From an uncultured Gemmatimonadales bacterium (GTDB lineage Bacteria; Gemmatimonadota; Gemmatimonadetes; Gemmatimonadales; GWC2-71-9): a stretch of DNA of 64,000 nt. The notes under the pieces are model-generated. The model did not search any database. It was not told where the DNA came from and was given only the letters and a program-made list of their open reading frames with translations. The stretch covers positions 32,001 through 96,000 of the forward strand of contig CAVSQW010000017.1 in assembly GCA_963730185.1 (NCBI GenBank). Reading direction: 5' to 3'. Below, piece by piece: positions 24,462 to 34,215 of the stretch (its first letter is position 1; each line of letters opens with the position of its first letter). A program made the translations under genes and the position numbers.

Positions 24462-26543
24462 TTACTTAGACTGGTCGTGCGAGAGGGTGGGGACGGTTCC
24501 GGGGGGGTACGGTCCACCCGTCACCCGATAGCTGTCGCCGGTTACGGTCGGGCCGTCCACCGTCCAGACCGTGCGATCGGGATAGGCCGCGACGACCGCC
24601 GCCTCGACCGAGTCGCTCCGGGCCCAGGCATAGATCGGAGCCGGACTGTGAAGGTCGAGCGGGTTCAACATCGCGGCGCCGTGATAGTCGGGGTGCCGGC
24701 GACCCCGTACCAGCACCAGACTGTTGGGGCCGAAACCGTGGGCTCGAGCCACGGCCCCCAGGTCGGGTCGCATGCCGCGGTAGTGATAATACTTGTCGGT
24801 CGCACGCCAGGGTACGAAGGTGACCAGGGCCGAAAGGCTGAGCAGCAAGGCCGCGATGCTGGCCCGGCCTCGGACACCCGGAAGGGCGTCGATCGTAGTG
24901 AGGGCGCTGGCGATCAGAGCGAGGCAGGGGAGGAGGACGAGGAACCAGTACCGGGGACCGAAATCGGGACCGCCGCTGAACCAGTAGAGACTGTGGACGC
25001 CGACGACCCCGGCGATGACCGCCAGCATCAGGCCGTCGGGCCGGCGCCGGCGGAGTACCAAGGTGGCGGCGGCGAGCAGGAGGATCGCCCCCGTGGCCCA
25101 GCCCAGAAGCTCGACGTTGAGGGTGGTGCCGTTCAGGTCGGTATTGACCACGACATCGCGAAAGCCATGGCCGGGGAACGGATCGTTCCCGGGCCAGCCC
25201 AGGCCCCGGTTCGGTCCGAATCCGAGGGCGTTGGTGCCCTTGCCGTAATGGCTATCGGTGTAGGCCATGATCGGGAAGGTACGCCAGCTCCCCGTCATCA
25301 CCTGATTGTAGGGAAAGACCAGCGCGCCGGTCGCGATCGTCCCGATCGCGTAGGCGCCGGCCGGCACGAGCCGGAACCATCCTCGCCCCCGGGCCAGGCA
25401 CCAGAGGCCGAGCAGGGCGCCGAGGATCGCCCCCTCGAGCGGCCGGACCAGGCTCGAGACCCCGGTCGCCATGCCGCCGATCAGCGGCCACGCGAGGGCG
25501 AGTCCTGGTCCGGCCCGGAGCACGCCCAGCGCCGCGACCAGCGCGCAGGTGAACGCGAAGGTGTGGTTCATGTAGCTCATGGCCAGGAACAGGTGCCAGG
25601 GCGACGCGGCCAAGAGCACCGTTCCCAGGCGAGCCGTCCGCCGATCGTACAGATGTTGCAGCACCAGGCTCGCGAGCACCACGTTGAGGCCGGCGAGGAC
25701 CGGATTGACCAGGCCCGGCACGCCCAGTCGAACTCCGACCGCCAGCATGGCCGGCCAGCCCGGTGGCACCGGCGAATACCAGCGGCTCGGCTCGTAGGTC
25801 AGGAGGTCGACGTCGAAGGCCTGTTGCACCGGGGGCGGCACGACGAAGAGGTGCCCCTGCGCGAAGTAGCGGGCGTGGAAGAGGTACGCGACTTCGTCTG
25901 GAACGTGCGGGAATCCCTGGTACGAGAGTCGATTCAGCATCACAGCCACAACCACCACGGCGAGCCCGAGGCCGATCTCGAAGCGGCCGATCCGGGGGAT
26001 CTCACTCGAGGGCTCCCGCTCCCCGGCCGGACCAAAGTGGCGTTCGATCCAGGTCCCCAATCGCTCGATGACGGGGTCGGGGAGGGCGGTCGCCGCCAGC
26101 GCCAGGTTGGCGACCGCGGTCAGCTGCAGGAGCGATGCGACCACCAGCTCGGCGCCGAATGCCACCGGGTTCCGGGCGACCGTGGCCGAGGCCAGCACGG
26201 CGACCGCGGCGACGAGGGCCAGGCGCCCGGGGCTGCCGAGACGCCGGACCGCGGTGAGGGCCGCCCGGATCCTCGGCACCGCGAACCCGGCCACCAGCGC
26301 GATCCAGAGGGCCGTGATCAGGAGAGGGATCGGCGTGGTGTCGAACGTCGCCGAGAGCGGCCGGAGGTGCTGATAGGCCACCCGAGGGCCGGCCTCGATC
26401 AGCGGCAACGCGGCCGCCTGACCGACGATGAGGAGGCCGGCGAACGCGCCGGTTCGCCCGGCTCCGAGACGCCGGAGGCCGGCGGCCACCGCCAGCCCGA
26501 CAACGCCCGCGCTTCCCAGCAGCCACAGGTCGGTAGCGCTCAC
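24462..26543 (-). CDS. GT-C glycosyltransferase (ArnT/PMT-like) with extra N-terminal TM block
   Basis: PHVPDEVAYLFHAR, PPGWPAML, LVRP, GPRYWF; many TM segments and soluble C-terminal domain. Confidence 0.75.
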   Translation of the reverse strand: MSATDLWLLGSAGVVGLAVAAGLRRLGAGRTGAFAGLLIVGQAAALPLIEAGPRVAYQHLRPLSATFDTTPIPLLITALWIALVAGFAVPRIRAALTAVRRLGSPGRLALVAAVAVLASATVARNPVAFGAELVVASLLQLTAVANLALAATALPDPVIERLGTWIERHFGPAGEREPSSEIPRIGRFEIGLGLAVVVVAVMLNRLSYQGFPHVPDEVAYLFHARYFAQGHLFVVPPPVQQAFDVDLLTYEPSRWYSPVPPGWPAMLAVGVRLGVPGLVNPVLAGLNVVLASLVLQHLYDRRTARLGTVLLAASPWHLFLAMSYMNHTFAFTCALVAALGVLRAGPGLALAWPLIGGMATGVSSLVRPLEGAILGALLGLWCLARGRGWFRLVPAGAYAIGTIATGALVFPYNQVMTGSWRTFPIMAYTDSHYGKGTNALGFGPNRGLGWPGNDPFPGHGFRDVVVNTDLNGTTLNVELLGWATGAILLLAAATLVLRRRRPDGLMLAVIAGVVGVHSLYWFSGGPDFGPRYWFLVLLPCLALIASALTTIDALPGVRGRASIAALLLSLSALVTFVPWRATDKYYHYRGMRPDLGAVARAHGFGPNSLVLVRGRRHPDYHGAAMLNPLDLHSPAPIYAWARSDSVEAAVVAAYPDRTVWTVDGPTVTGDSYRVTGGPYPPGTVPTLSHDQSK

Positions 26544-28348
26544 TGGCGCGGCCTGGCGAGAGAGGCTCCCTGGGTCAGCTGGCCGAGGCGGGCCCGGAGA
26601 TCGGCGAGCGTTGGGGCTTCGGTGGCGTCGGTCGAGAGGTTCCGTCGCTGGAGGTAGTCGCTGTTTTCGTACAGTTCCTCATGCCCGCGCCGGTCCACGA
26701 AGTACCAGAACCCGTCGTCGAGGACTCCGAACAACGGGCCCCAGTGCACTGGGAAGCTGGCCGGCTGGCTGGCCTCGCCGGTGACGTGGACCACGATCGG
26801 GTCAGGCAGGCTATCGGCATTGGGCCCGAACCGGGTCAGGAGCGACTGCCCGGGGAAGGGGCCGGCGTCTCCGTTTCCGGTGAACGCGGCGATGGTCGCC
26901 GCCAAGTCACGGAGGCTCACCGGTGTCGTGACGGTGACCCCCCGCGGCAATCCCGACGGGGCCGACAGAATCAAGGGCACCTGCACCGACGGGCGATACA
27001 GGCTGTTCCCGTGCCGCATCAACTCGTGCTCGTAGAACTCCTCGCCATGGTCTGCCGTCACGATCACGAGGGTGTTGGCCAGCGCACCGCGCCGCTCCAG
27101 CTCGGCCAGCAGCCGGCCGACTTCGGCATCGGTTGCGGCGATCGCGGCTTCGTAGGCTCGGAGCTGGTGCTCGACTTGGGCGGAATCCCAGCCGGTCCAC
27201 CGGAGCTGGGCCAGGTCGGGACGGCGGAGCGAGGACGGGACCTTGAGCAGCGAATCGTAGTGAGCCGGCGCTTCGTACGGGTCATGCGCGTCGAAGAAGT
27301 TCAGAAAGACGAAGAAGGGTCGGGGCCCTTTGTGGTCCAGCCAGTGCAGGAACTCCGCCGAGACCCGGGTCCCACTTTTTCGGGCGATGCCGTTCTCCCG
27401 GTGGATCAGCCGAAGCAGCCAGGGGATGCTCGTGAGGCGGGCGCCCAGGGCGCTGGCCCGAACGATCTCGGGGAAGGAGATCGGATAGTCCTCGTAGTGC
27501 TGGAACCCGCGGGCCAGGCCCGACGTCGAGCTGGTGTTGGCCAGGTTGCCGGTGAATCCGGCCGTCACGAAGCCGCGGCTCGTGAGCACCTCGGCCAGCG
27601 TCGGATATTGGTCGGTCATGGGGTGATCCCAACCGCGGGCGACCTCGAAGGCCCAGCGGCCGGTCATGATGCTCTCATGGCTCGGCAAGGTCCAGGGCGC
27701 GGGCGAATAGGCTTCGGCGAACCGGACGCCGCGAGACGCCAGCTGGGTCAAGTTGGGCGAAGTGGGGCGATCGAGCCCATACGCGCTCAGGCTCATGGCC
27801 CGGACGGTGTCCAGGATGATGAGCAGCACGTTGGGTGCCCCGGCACGGGCGGCGGGGAGGGTGGACCGGGCCCTCGCTTCCCGAATCCTCGGGAGCGCCT
27901 CGACGGCAACTCCCGCGATCAGGGTCGCCCCGGTCAAACCGACGGCCAGGCCGCGGACGAGCCGGAGAATCGCGTCCGGCCAGCGGCGGGCGATTCGACC
28001 GGCGACGACGCCGAGGCCGATACCGATTGCCAGCGCCGAGAGGGGGTGGAGGCCGGGGACGTCGAGAGCGACGCTGGTGGCCGGGAGCCAGGCGACCGCC
28101 GCTAAGAAGCCGGGGAACGTCCGCAGGGCCCGGATCCGCGCTCCCAGCAGCCAGGCCACCACGGCGACCGGCGCGATCAGTAGGAGCAAGCTCACCGGCG
28201 CCGTCCACACCACCCGCGGCGCTTGATGGACGTAGCGGTCGAAGAACAGGTAGGCCGCGCCGAGTCCCAGCGCACGGACCAGGCCGCCGCCCACGGCCGA
28301 AGCCAGAGCGACGAACACGGCGTCCCGACCCCGCCACGGGGCGCTCAT
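26540..28348 (-). CDS. Membrane-anchored sulfatase/alkaline-phosphatase-superfamily protein
   Basis: About 5 N-terminal TM, PNVLLIILDTVRA, APWTLPSHESIMTG, FLNFFDAHDPY, VTADHGEEF, HGNSLY, ELY. Confidence 0.88.
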   Translation of the reverse strand: MSAPWRGRDAVFVALASAVGGGLVRALGLGAAYLFFDRYVHQAPRVVWTAPVSLLLLIAPVAVVAWLLGARIRALRTFPGFLAAVAWLPATSVALDVPGLHPLSALAIGIGLGVVAGRIARRWPDAILRLVRGLAVGLTGATLIAGVAVEALPRIREARARSTLPAARAGAPNVLLIILDTVRAMSLSAYGLDRPTSPNLTQLASRGVRFAEAYSPAPWTLPSHESIMTGRWAFEVARGWDHPMTDQYPTLAEVLTSRGFVTAGFTGNLANTSSTSGLARGFQHYEDYPISFPEIVRASALGARLTSIPWLLRLIHRENGIARKSGTRVSAEFLHWLDHKGPRPFFVFLNFFDAHDPYEAPAHYDSLLKVPSSLRRPDLAQLRWTGWDSAQVEHQLRAYEAAIAATDAEVGRLLAELERRGALANTLVIVTADHGEEFYEHELMRHGNSLYRPSVQVPLILSAPSGLPRGVTVTTPVSLRDLAATIAAFTGNGDAGPFPGQSLLTRFGPNADSLPDPIVVHVTGEASQPASFPVHWGPLFGVLDDGFWYFVDRRGHEELYENSDYLQRRNLSTDATEAPTLADLRARLGQLTQGASLARPRQ

Positions 28349-30180
28349 CGGCCGAGCCCTGACCCGGGCTCCCGTTGGTCGAGTCGACTCATGAGCAGGT
28401 GGAGGAGGGCCGCAGGTGCCGTCCCGACGAGGTCCGCAGACTCGCCGGGGTCTCGGTTCAGGTCGTAAAGCTCCATCACCCCGTCACCCCGACGAATCAG
28501 GTGGCGCCCGTTCTCGATCACCGATCGCATGTCGCCTTTGCTAACGGGATACCAGGCCGGTAGGCGGGGGGCAAAGGTCACGCTGCTGAAGAGCGGCTCC
28601 GTGGCGGCGGGCGACCCGGGGTCCCGGAGCGCGGTCATCAACGATGGCCCGGGGAAGGGTGCGCCCCGGATCCCCGCCAGCTCGGCGACCGTGGCCGCGA
28701 TGCTCCGCGTCGAGACCGGCGCGTCGATCGTCACCTGCTGGGGCAAGTGCCCCGATTGCACCATCACCAAGGGAACCGCCAGGCTTTGGATATAGAGGCT
28801 GCTGCCATGCTCCGGGACACCGTGCTCATAAAACTCTTCGCCGTGGTCCGAGGTTACGATTACCACGGTGCGGTCGAGGACACCCCGGGTCCGAAGGGAG
28901 TCGAGCAGCCGGCCCACGCTGGCGTCGAGATAGCGGATCGACGCGTCGTAGGCGGCGATCGCTCTCGCGACCTGCCCGGTGTCGATCGGGGTGCTCGAAT
29001 CGGGGCGGGCCGGGAGGCTCCGGACATAGCTGCCGGGGTTCTCGAACCCGGCCATCGGAACCGGAGGACCGTAGGGGGTATGGGCGTCGTAGAGGTTGAG
29101 GAACGCAAAGAACGGATGACGGCCGACCTGATCGAGCCAGGCCAGAAACGACGCCGAGATCTCGGGGGACCACTTTCGCTCGGCCGGGTCCGGCTCGCCG
29201 CCCCGCAGCGCCTCGGCCCATTTCACGAGGCTCGAAGCCAGGATTGGGCTTCGGAGCACCGCGTCCAGGTTGACAGGGTAATCCTCGAAGTGCACGAAGC
29301 CGCGATCCAGCCCCGAGGTTCGCCCGGCGAACCAGACGTTCCCGACGAATCCAGCCGTCGCGTACCCGGCCGAGCGCAGCACCTCCGCGAGGGTGGGGTA
29401 GGTGTCGTCGAGAGGGTGAAACCAGTCAGCCGACAGCCCGGCCGGATCCTGACCCGTGAAGATCGCGGCGTGGGCGGGCCGAGTCCACGGCGCCGGCGAG
29501 ATCGCACGGGTAAACCGGACGCCACGCCGGGCGAATGCCTCGAGCGCCGGCGTCGTGGGCCGAGCATATCCATAGGCGCTGAGATTGGACGATCGAACGG
29601 CGTCGAGAACGATGAGCAGGACGTTGGGGGCGGTCGGCGCCGCGGCAGCGAGCGTCGCGATCCGCCGGCGTTCCAGCAGTCTTCGACCCAGCGTCCGGGC
29701 GCCGGCGATGACGGCGACGGCCGCGAGCAGCCCGAGGGACACCGCTTGGAGGAGCCGGCGGGACGGGACCGGCACGAACCGCGACAGCTGGAAGCCGAGT
29801 CCCAGGGCGAGCGCTACGCTGGCGGCTGGGTGGAGCGAGTGCACCAGCAAGAGTCCGCTCAGGGCGGAGAGCACGATCGCGGTTCCGATCACCGACCGCC
29901 AGGCCGGTCGGCGACCTCGGAGTCGGGCGCCGAGCCCGACCAGCGCCACCACGCCGACGAAGAAGAGGGCCGTTCCGAGTGGCGTGGTCCAGACTCCTTC
30001 GGGCGACCCGAACGGCGCCTCGCCCAACACCAGTACATGGGCGATTCGGACGCCATATTGGGCGAATCCGGTGACCAGGCCGGCAGCGAGGCCGGTGAGC
30101 AGGGTCGCTTCGGCGTCGACCCGCGGGTTCCGCCGGGTCGGATCCTCGCTCAACTCGCGGCCGCCGCGGCGGTGAGACAC
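28345..30180 (-). CDS. Membrane-anchored sulfatase/alkaline-phosphatase-superfamily protein (paralog)
   Basis: N-terminal TMs, PNVLLIVLDAVR, APWTRPAHAAIFTG, LNLYDAHTPY, TSDHGEEF, ELYDLNRDPGE. Confidence 0.88.
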   Translation of the reverse strand: MSHRRGGRELSEDPTRRNPRVDAEATLLTGLAAGLVTGFAQYGVRIAHVLVLGEAPFGSPEGVWTTPLGTALFFVGVVALVGLGARLRGRRPAWRSVIGTAIVLSALSGLLLVHSLHPAASVALALGLGFQLSRFVPVPSRRLLQAVSLGLLAAVAVIAGARTLGRRLLERRRIATLAAAAPTAPNVLLIVLDAVRSSNLSAYGYARPTTPALEAFARRGVRFTRAISPAPWTRPAHAAIFTGQDPAGLSADWFHPLDDTYPTLAEVLRSAGYATAGFVGNVWFAGRTSGLDRGFVHFEDYPVNLDAVLRSPILASSLVKWAEALRGGEPDPAERKWSPEISASFLAWLDQVGRHPFFAFLNLYDAHTPYGPPVPMAGFENPGSYVRSLPARPDSSTPIDTGQVARAIAAYDASIRYLDASVGRLLDSLRTRGVLDRTVVIVTSDHGEEFYEHGVPEHGSSLYIQSLAVPLVMVQSGHLPQQVTIDAPVSTRSIAATVAELAGIRGAPFPGPSLMTALRDPGSPAATEPLFSSVTFAPRLPAWYPVSKGDMRSVIENGRHLIRRGDGVMELYDLNRDPGESADLVGTAPAALLHLLMSRLDQREPGSGLGR

Positions 30181-30290
30181 CTGAGCCCTCTCCCCTCGCT
30201 GAATGCCAGTCCCGGTTCCATCGCCGGTCCGATCCGATCCGGACCCCAGGCCCGATACGCTAATCGCTGTCGCCGAAGTAAGTTGACCGG

Positions 30291-30306
30291 CGCAGATTCA
30301 GTGCCA
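30291..30306 (-). promoter_or_regulatory. Putative sigma54 promoter of the sulfatase-like/GT-C operon
   Basis: Minus strand TGGCACTGAATCTGCG: perfect TGGCAC and GG-N10-GC. Confidence 0.6.
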
Positions 30307-30379
30307 ACCAGGGGCCGGCGGAGGGCCTCGGACCGGCCCGATTCTGGCGTGGCCCCGACTCGGGGTGGAAAGGTGACCG

Positions 30380-31501
30380 ATGAATGGGGGGAGCACCAGG
30401 CTGAACATCGCGCTCGTGACGGCTCCAGCCGGCGTCGGCGGCCTGGAGACCGTAGTGGCCGGCCTGGCCCTTGGTCTGGCCCGCCGGGGCAATCGGGTCG
30501 TCCTGCACGCGCTCGTCGAGCCCGCGCCCGCCGCGTTGCCGGCGGTCTTTGACCCCTTGCCGGCCGCGGGGGTTACGGTCGACGTTGTGCGTCTCCCACC
30601 GCGCCGGTATCGGGCTGAGGCAGAGCGGCTCCGGGACGCGTGGGGGCAACAGCGCCCGGCGGTCGTCCACAGCCACGGTTACCACGCCGACTGCGTGGCG
30701 TGGTGGGCCGCTCGGCGGCTGAACCTGCCGCTGGTCTCCACGTCGCACGGGTTCACGGGTGGTGACCTCAAGAATCGCCTGTACGAGCGGATCGACGGTT
30801 GGGTGCTGCGACGCTTCGATCGGGTGGTGGCTGTGTCCCGTCCGCTGGGCGACCGGCTTCTGGCTTCGGGCCTTACCACCGATCGGATGGTGGTGATCCT
30901 GAATGGCCGGGCATCGGCTGGGGAGTCGGCGGACCGAGCCGGCGCGCGGCGTCGACTGGGGCTGCCCGATCGAGGCCGAGTGGCGGGCTGGATTGGACGC
31001 CTGAGCCTCGAGAAGGGGGCTGATGTGCTGATCGATGCCCTGGAGCATCTGCCGTCCGACCTGCATCTGTCGTTCGTGGGTGACGGGCCTCTTCAGGCCC
31101 CGCTCGAGCGTCGGGTGCTCGACCGGGGATGGGAGTCGCGGGTCCATTGGCATGGGCGGATCGAAGGCATCAACCGACTCTTGGCGGCGTTCGACCTCGT
31201 GGTACTGAGCTCCCGCACGGAGGGAACCCCGATGGTGCTGCTCGAAGCGATGGGTGCCGGCGTGCCCGTGGTGGCCACCGCGGTCGGCGGGGTGCCGGAC
31301 GTCGTCTCGCCGGAGGAAGCCCGACTAGTGCCGTCGGAGCGTCCCGACTTGCTGGCGGCCGCGATGGTCGATGTGTTCGAACATCCAGCCGCGGCGGCGC
31401 GGCGCGCGGACGCCGCCCGGGCTCGGGTGGAATCGGAGTTTTCCGAGGCGCGCTGGCTCGACGCGTACGAAGCCCTGTATCGGCGGGCTGCATGTCGCTG
31501 A
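30380..31501 (+). CDS. Glycosyltransferase family 4
   Basis: GGLE, VVHSHG, WIGRLSLEKG, SSRTEGTPMVLLEAMGAGVPVVATAVGG. Confidence 0.93.
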   Translation: MNGGSTRLNIALVTAPAGVGGLETVVAGLALGLARRGNRVVLHALVEPAPAALPAVFDPLPAAGVTVDVVRLPPRRYRAEAERLRDAWGQQRPAVVHSHGYHADCVAWWAARRLNLPLVSTSHGFTGGDLKNRLYERIDGWVLRRFDRVVAVSRPLGDRLLASGLTTDRMVVILNGRASAGESADRAGARRRLGLPDRGRVAGWIGRLSLEKGADVLIDALEHLPSDLHLSFVGDGPLQAPLERRVLDRGWESRVHWHGRIEGINRLLAAFDLVVLSSRTEGTPMVLLEAMGAGVPVVATAVGGVPDVVSPEEARLVPSERPDLLAAAMVDVFEHPAAAARRADAARARVESEFSEARWLDAYEALYRRAACR

Positions 31502-32658
31502 TCGAGCTGGGCTGGGTCCTGTTCCTGCTACCGCCGGCGATGGTGGGCCTGGCCTACGTCGGCTACCCGCTCCTGCTGATGGTGTTGCCCCGATCGCGCC
31601 GGCAAGTGCCCGGTACGGACCCGGCCGAGTGGCCCGAGCTCACCGTCTCGGTTCCGGTCTACAACGAGGCGGGAGCGATCGGAGGGACGCTGGACAACCT
31701 GCTGGCGACGGACTATCCGGCAGACCGCCGTCACATCCTGGTGGTATCGGATGCCTCGACGGACGGCACCGACGAGATCGTGGCGGGGTACCGGGACCGA
31801 GGAGTCCGGCTGGTCCGCCTGCCCGAGCGGAGCGGAAAGACGGCCGCCGAGAACGAAGCCGGGCGGCATCTCGCCGGGCTGATCGTCGTCAACATCGACG
31901 CGACCATCCGGATTCCCGCCTCAGCCCTGAAGAACCTGGTGCGTGCGTTCCAGGACCCGACCGTGGGCGTCGCCTCGGGTCGAGACATCAGCATCGGTGA
32001 CGAAGCCAAAGAGCAGAACAAGCATGAATCGACGTACGTTGGTTACGAGATGTGGGTTCGCCGACTCGAGACTGAGCGGGGATCGATCGTGGGAGCGAGC
32101 GGCTGTTTCTACGCGATCCGGCGCTCTCTGTTCGACGCCATCTTTCCAGAAGCCCTGAGTCGGGACTTCGCCTCGCCGTTGATCGCTCGCGAGCGCGGGT
32201 TCCGGTCGGTGTCGATCGACACCGCGGTCTGCTTTGTGCCTCGGACTCGGTCGCTCCGGGCCGAGTACCGTCGCAAGGTCCGGACGATGACGCGGGGCCT
32301 CGAAACGCTCTGGTTCAAGCGAGCGCTCTTGAATCCCTCTCGCTACGGCCGATTCGCGTTCTTCCTGGCGTCCCACAAGCTGGCTCGCTGGGTCATCTTT
32401 CTGACGCTGCCGCTCTCGGCGGTCGGGGGCCTGGCGTTGGCGGGCTCATCGGCCGCGGGCTCGGTTGCGGCCGGGCTGGTCGCGCTGGGGATCGCGCTTG
32501 GCGGGGCGGCGTACGGCTGGCCGGAGGGGCGACGCATGCCCCGGGCGGTGGCCATCGCGGGATTCGCCGCGAGCAGCAGCATCGCGGGCGCCGTCGCGTG
32601 GTACCAGGCCCTTCGGGGCGAGCTCAACCCGGTGTGGGAGCCGACCCGACGTCCCTGA
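31492..32658 (+). CDS. Glycosyltransferase family 2 (membrane-bound, IcaA/CesA-like)
   Basis: N-terminal TM, VPVYNE, VVSDASTDGT, GKTAAEN, GASGCFYAIRR, EYRRKVR, SHKLARW. Confidence 0.9.
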   Translation: MSLIELGWVLFLLPPAMVGLAYVGYPLLLMVLPRSRRQVPGTDPAEWPELTVSVPVYNEAGAIGGTLDNLLATDYPADRRHILVVSDASTDGTDEIVAGYRDRGVRLVRLPERSGKTAAENEAGRHLAGLIVVNIDATIRIPASALKNLVRAFQDPTVGVASGRDISIGDEAKEQNKHESTYVGYEMWVRRLETERGSIVGASGCFYAIRRSLFDAIFPEALSRDFASPLIARERGFRSVSIDTAVCFVPRTRSLRAEYRRKVRTMTRGLETLWFKRALLNPSRYGRFAFFLASHKLARWVIFLTLPLSAVGGLALAGSSAAGSVAAGLVALGIALGGAAYGWPEGRRMPRAVAIAGFAASSSIAGAVAWYQALRGELNPVWEPTRRP

Positions 32659-32675
32659 ACCGGGCGGGTCGTCGC

Positions 32676-33314
32676 TCAGCTCGGTAGGATGCCGATCAAC
32701 GCTCCATAGATGTCGACCGCGGCCCGTCGGGCCAGATCGTCGGCCGCGGCGGGATCGTCCCCGACCGGCACCACGATTCGTACCAGGGCTTCCTCCGAGC
32801 GGTGCCGAATGGCGGCGTCGCGCATCAGGTCGAGCTTGACCCGGTATTCGTTGGCGACGGTCCGGCCCCGTCCCTGGTACCAGTAATAGACGATGGCCTG
32901 CTGATCGTCCTTGGCGATGACGAAGCGATTGACCCGAATGCCGGTCCCGCCGCCGGCGGGGAGGGTCTCCCGTCGCGAGGAGATCGGTTCCCAGCCAGCT
33001 CCCGGCAGGCAGTTCTTGGGGGAGTGAATGGTCTTGCCCTGCCGCTGGCTCGAGTAATACCCCACATAGATGAAGAGCCGCTGGCCGGCGCTTCCGCCGT
33101 AGACCCGATTGACGAACGAGCTGACACCGGCCACGCGGGCCTCGGCGTCACTGATCGGGACGTCGGTGCCGCTCAGACCCTCGAGGGATTGCGGCACCGT
33201 GGCCAGCGGCGCCGCGAGCGTCATGCTCCGCTGGGCCGAGATCGACAGATTGAGGAGGCAGCCGGCTCCGAGAATCACCGCGGGAATCCAGGCTCGCCGC
33301 TGCCGGTCAGTCAT
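32676..33314 (-). CDS. epsI: EpsI family exosortase-associated protein
   Basis: YVGYYSSQRQGKTIHSPKNCLPGAGW, YYWYQGRGR, ALVRI; downstream of exosortase. Confidence 0.9.
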   Translation of the reverse strand: MTDRQRRAWIPAVILGAGCLLNLSISAQRSMTLAAPLATVPQSLEGLSGTDVPISDAEARVAGVSSFVNRVYGGSAGQRLFIYVGYYSSQRQGKTIHSPKNCLPGAGWEPISSRRETLPAGGGTGIRVNRFVIAKDDQQAIVYYWYQGRGRTVANEYRVKLDLMRDAAIRHRSEEALVRIVVPVGDDPAAADDLARRAAVDIYGALIGILPS

Positions 33315-34215
33315 CGGTTGTCTCCGCGGTGGCCCGGGCCGGGGCCAGCCGGCCTTCGATTCCCGACAAGCCCCAGGCGAACACCCCGAGGATGGCGAAC
33401 GCCACCAGGAAGAGCAGCCATCCCTCCGTCAGGTGCATGAAGCCCTCGCCCAGCTTGGGATCGACAAAGAAGACCAGAAAGCCGGTGAGGAAGACTCGAA
33501 TGCCGTTCAGCACCACCGCGACCGGGATGGTCACGAGGAGGAGCGCGAATCGGCTCAGGGGAAAGCGGAGCCAGAGACCCCCGGCCAGCACGCCCAGACT
33601 CAGGAGCGCGGTGAGCGAGCGGAGCCCGCTGCACGCCTCGGTGACGAAGAGCCGATGGTTCGGGATGTTGATGATGTTTCCCTCCAGCGCCGCCGGCACG
33701 TGGCGAGCCCGAAGGAGGGCCGCGCCGATCCCCGAGGCGCGGAACTGCAGCGGCAGGGCAATCGAGTTGAGCAGGACCTCGGGGAGCGGGATCGACAGGA
33801 GGAACAGCACGAATGGAAGCCACCATCGTCGTAGGCGTCCGAGGCCCGACCCGTACACCACCAGGCCGGCCAGCGCGGCCACCATCGAGATCCGCATCGT
33901 GAAGAGCTCGGCGGCGAGACCGGCGGCGAGGCGAAGCAGCACGGCGCCGATCAGGATCACCGTCCCGAGCTTCGGCGCCGGGGTCGACTCGACGGGACCC
34001 CGGCTCTTCCAGGCCAGAAACACGGCGACCGGCGCCAGCAGCAATCCATGACCGGCGTCGGGGTTGTTCCACCAGTCGTCGAGGAGCAGGACGAAGGGCC
34101 GGGCGAACAGGATCGCGAAGGCCAGCGCCGCGGCGAGGGTCGGGAGGGCGGGACGGCGGAACCGCGCGGTGAGCGAGAGCCCTGGGGCCGACAGGGCCGG
34201 TTGGGCCACTACCAC
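33307..34215 (-). CDS. Exosortase (EpsH/XrtA family)
   Basis: About 8 TM, HGLL, IPLP, catalytic triad motifs VTEACSGLRSL, NGIR, FMHLTEG. Confidence 0.92.
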   Translation of the reverse strand: MVVAQPALSAPGLSLTARFRRPALPTLAAALAFAILFARPFVLLLDDWWNNPDAGHGLLLAPVAVFLAWKSRGPVESTPAPKLGTVILIGAVLLRLAAGLAAELFTMRISMVAALAGLVVYGSGLGRLRRWWLPFVLFLLSIPLPEVLLNSIALPLQFRASGIGAALLRARHVPAALEGNIINIPNHRLFVTEACSGLRSLTALLSLGVLAGGLWLRFPLSRFALLLVTIPVAVVLNGIRVFLTGFLVFFVDPKLGEGFMHLTEGWLLFLVAFAILGVFAWGLSGIEGRLAPARATAETTDD

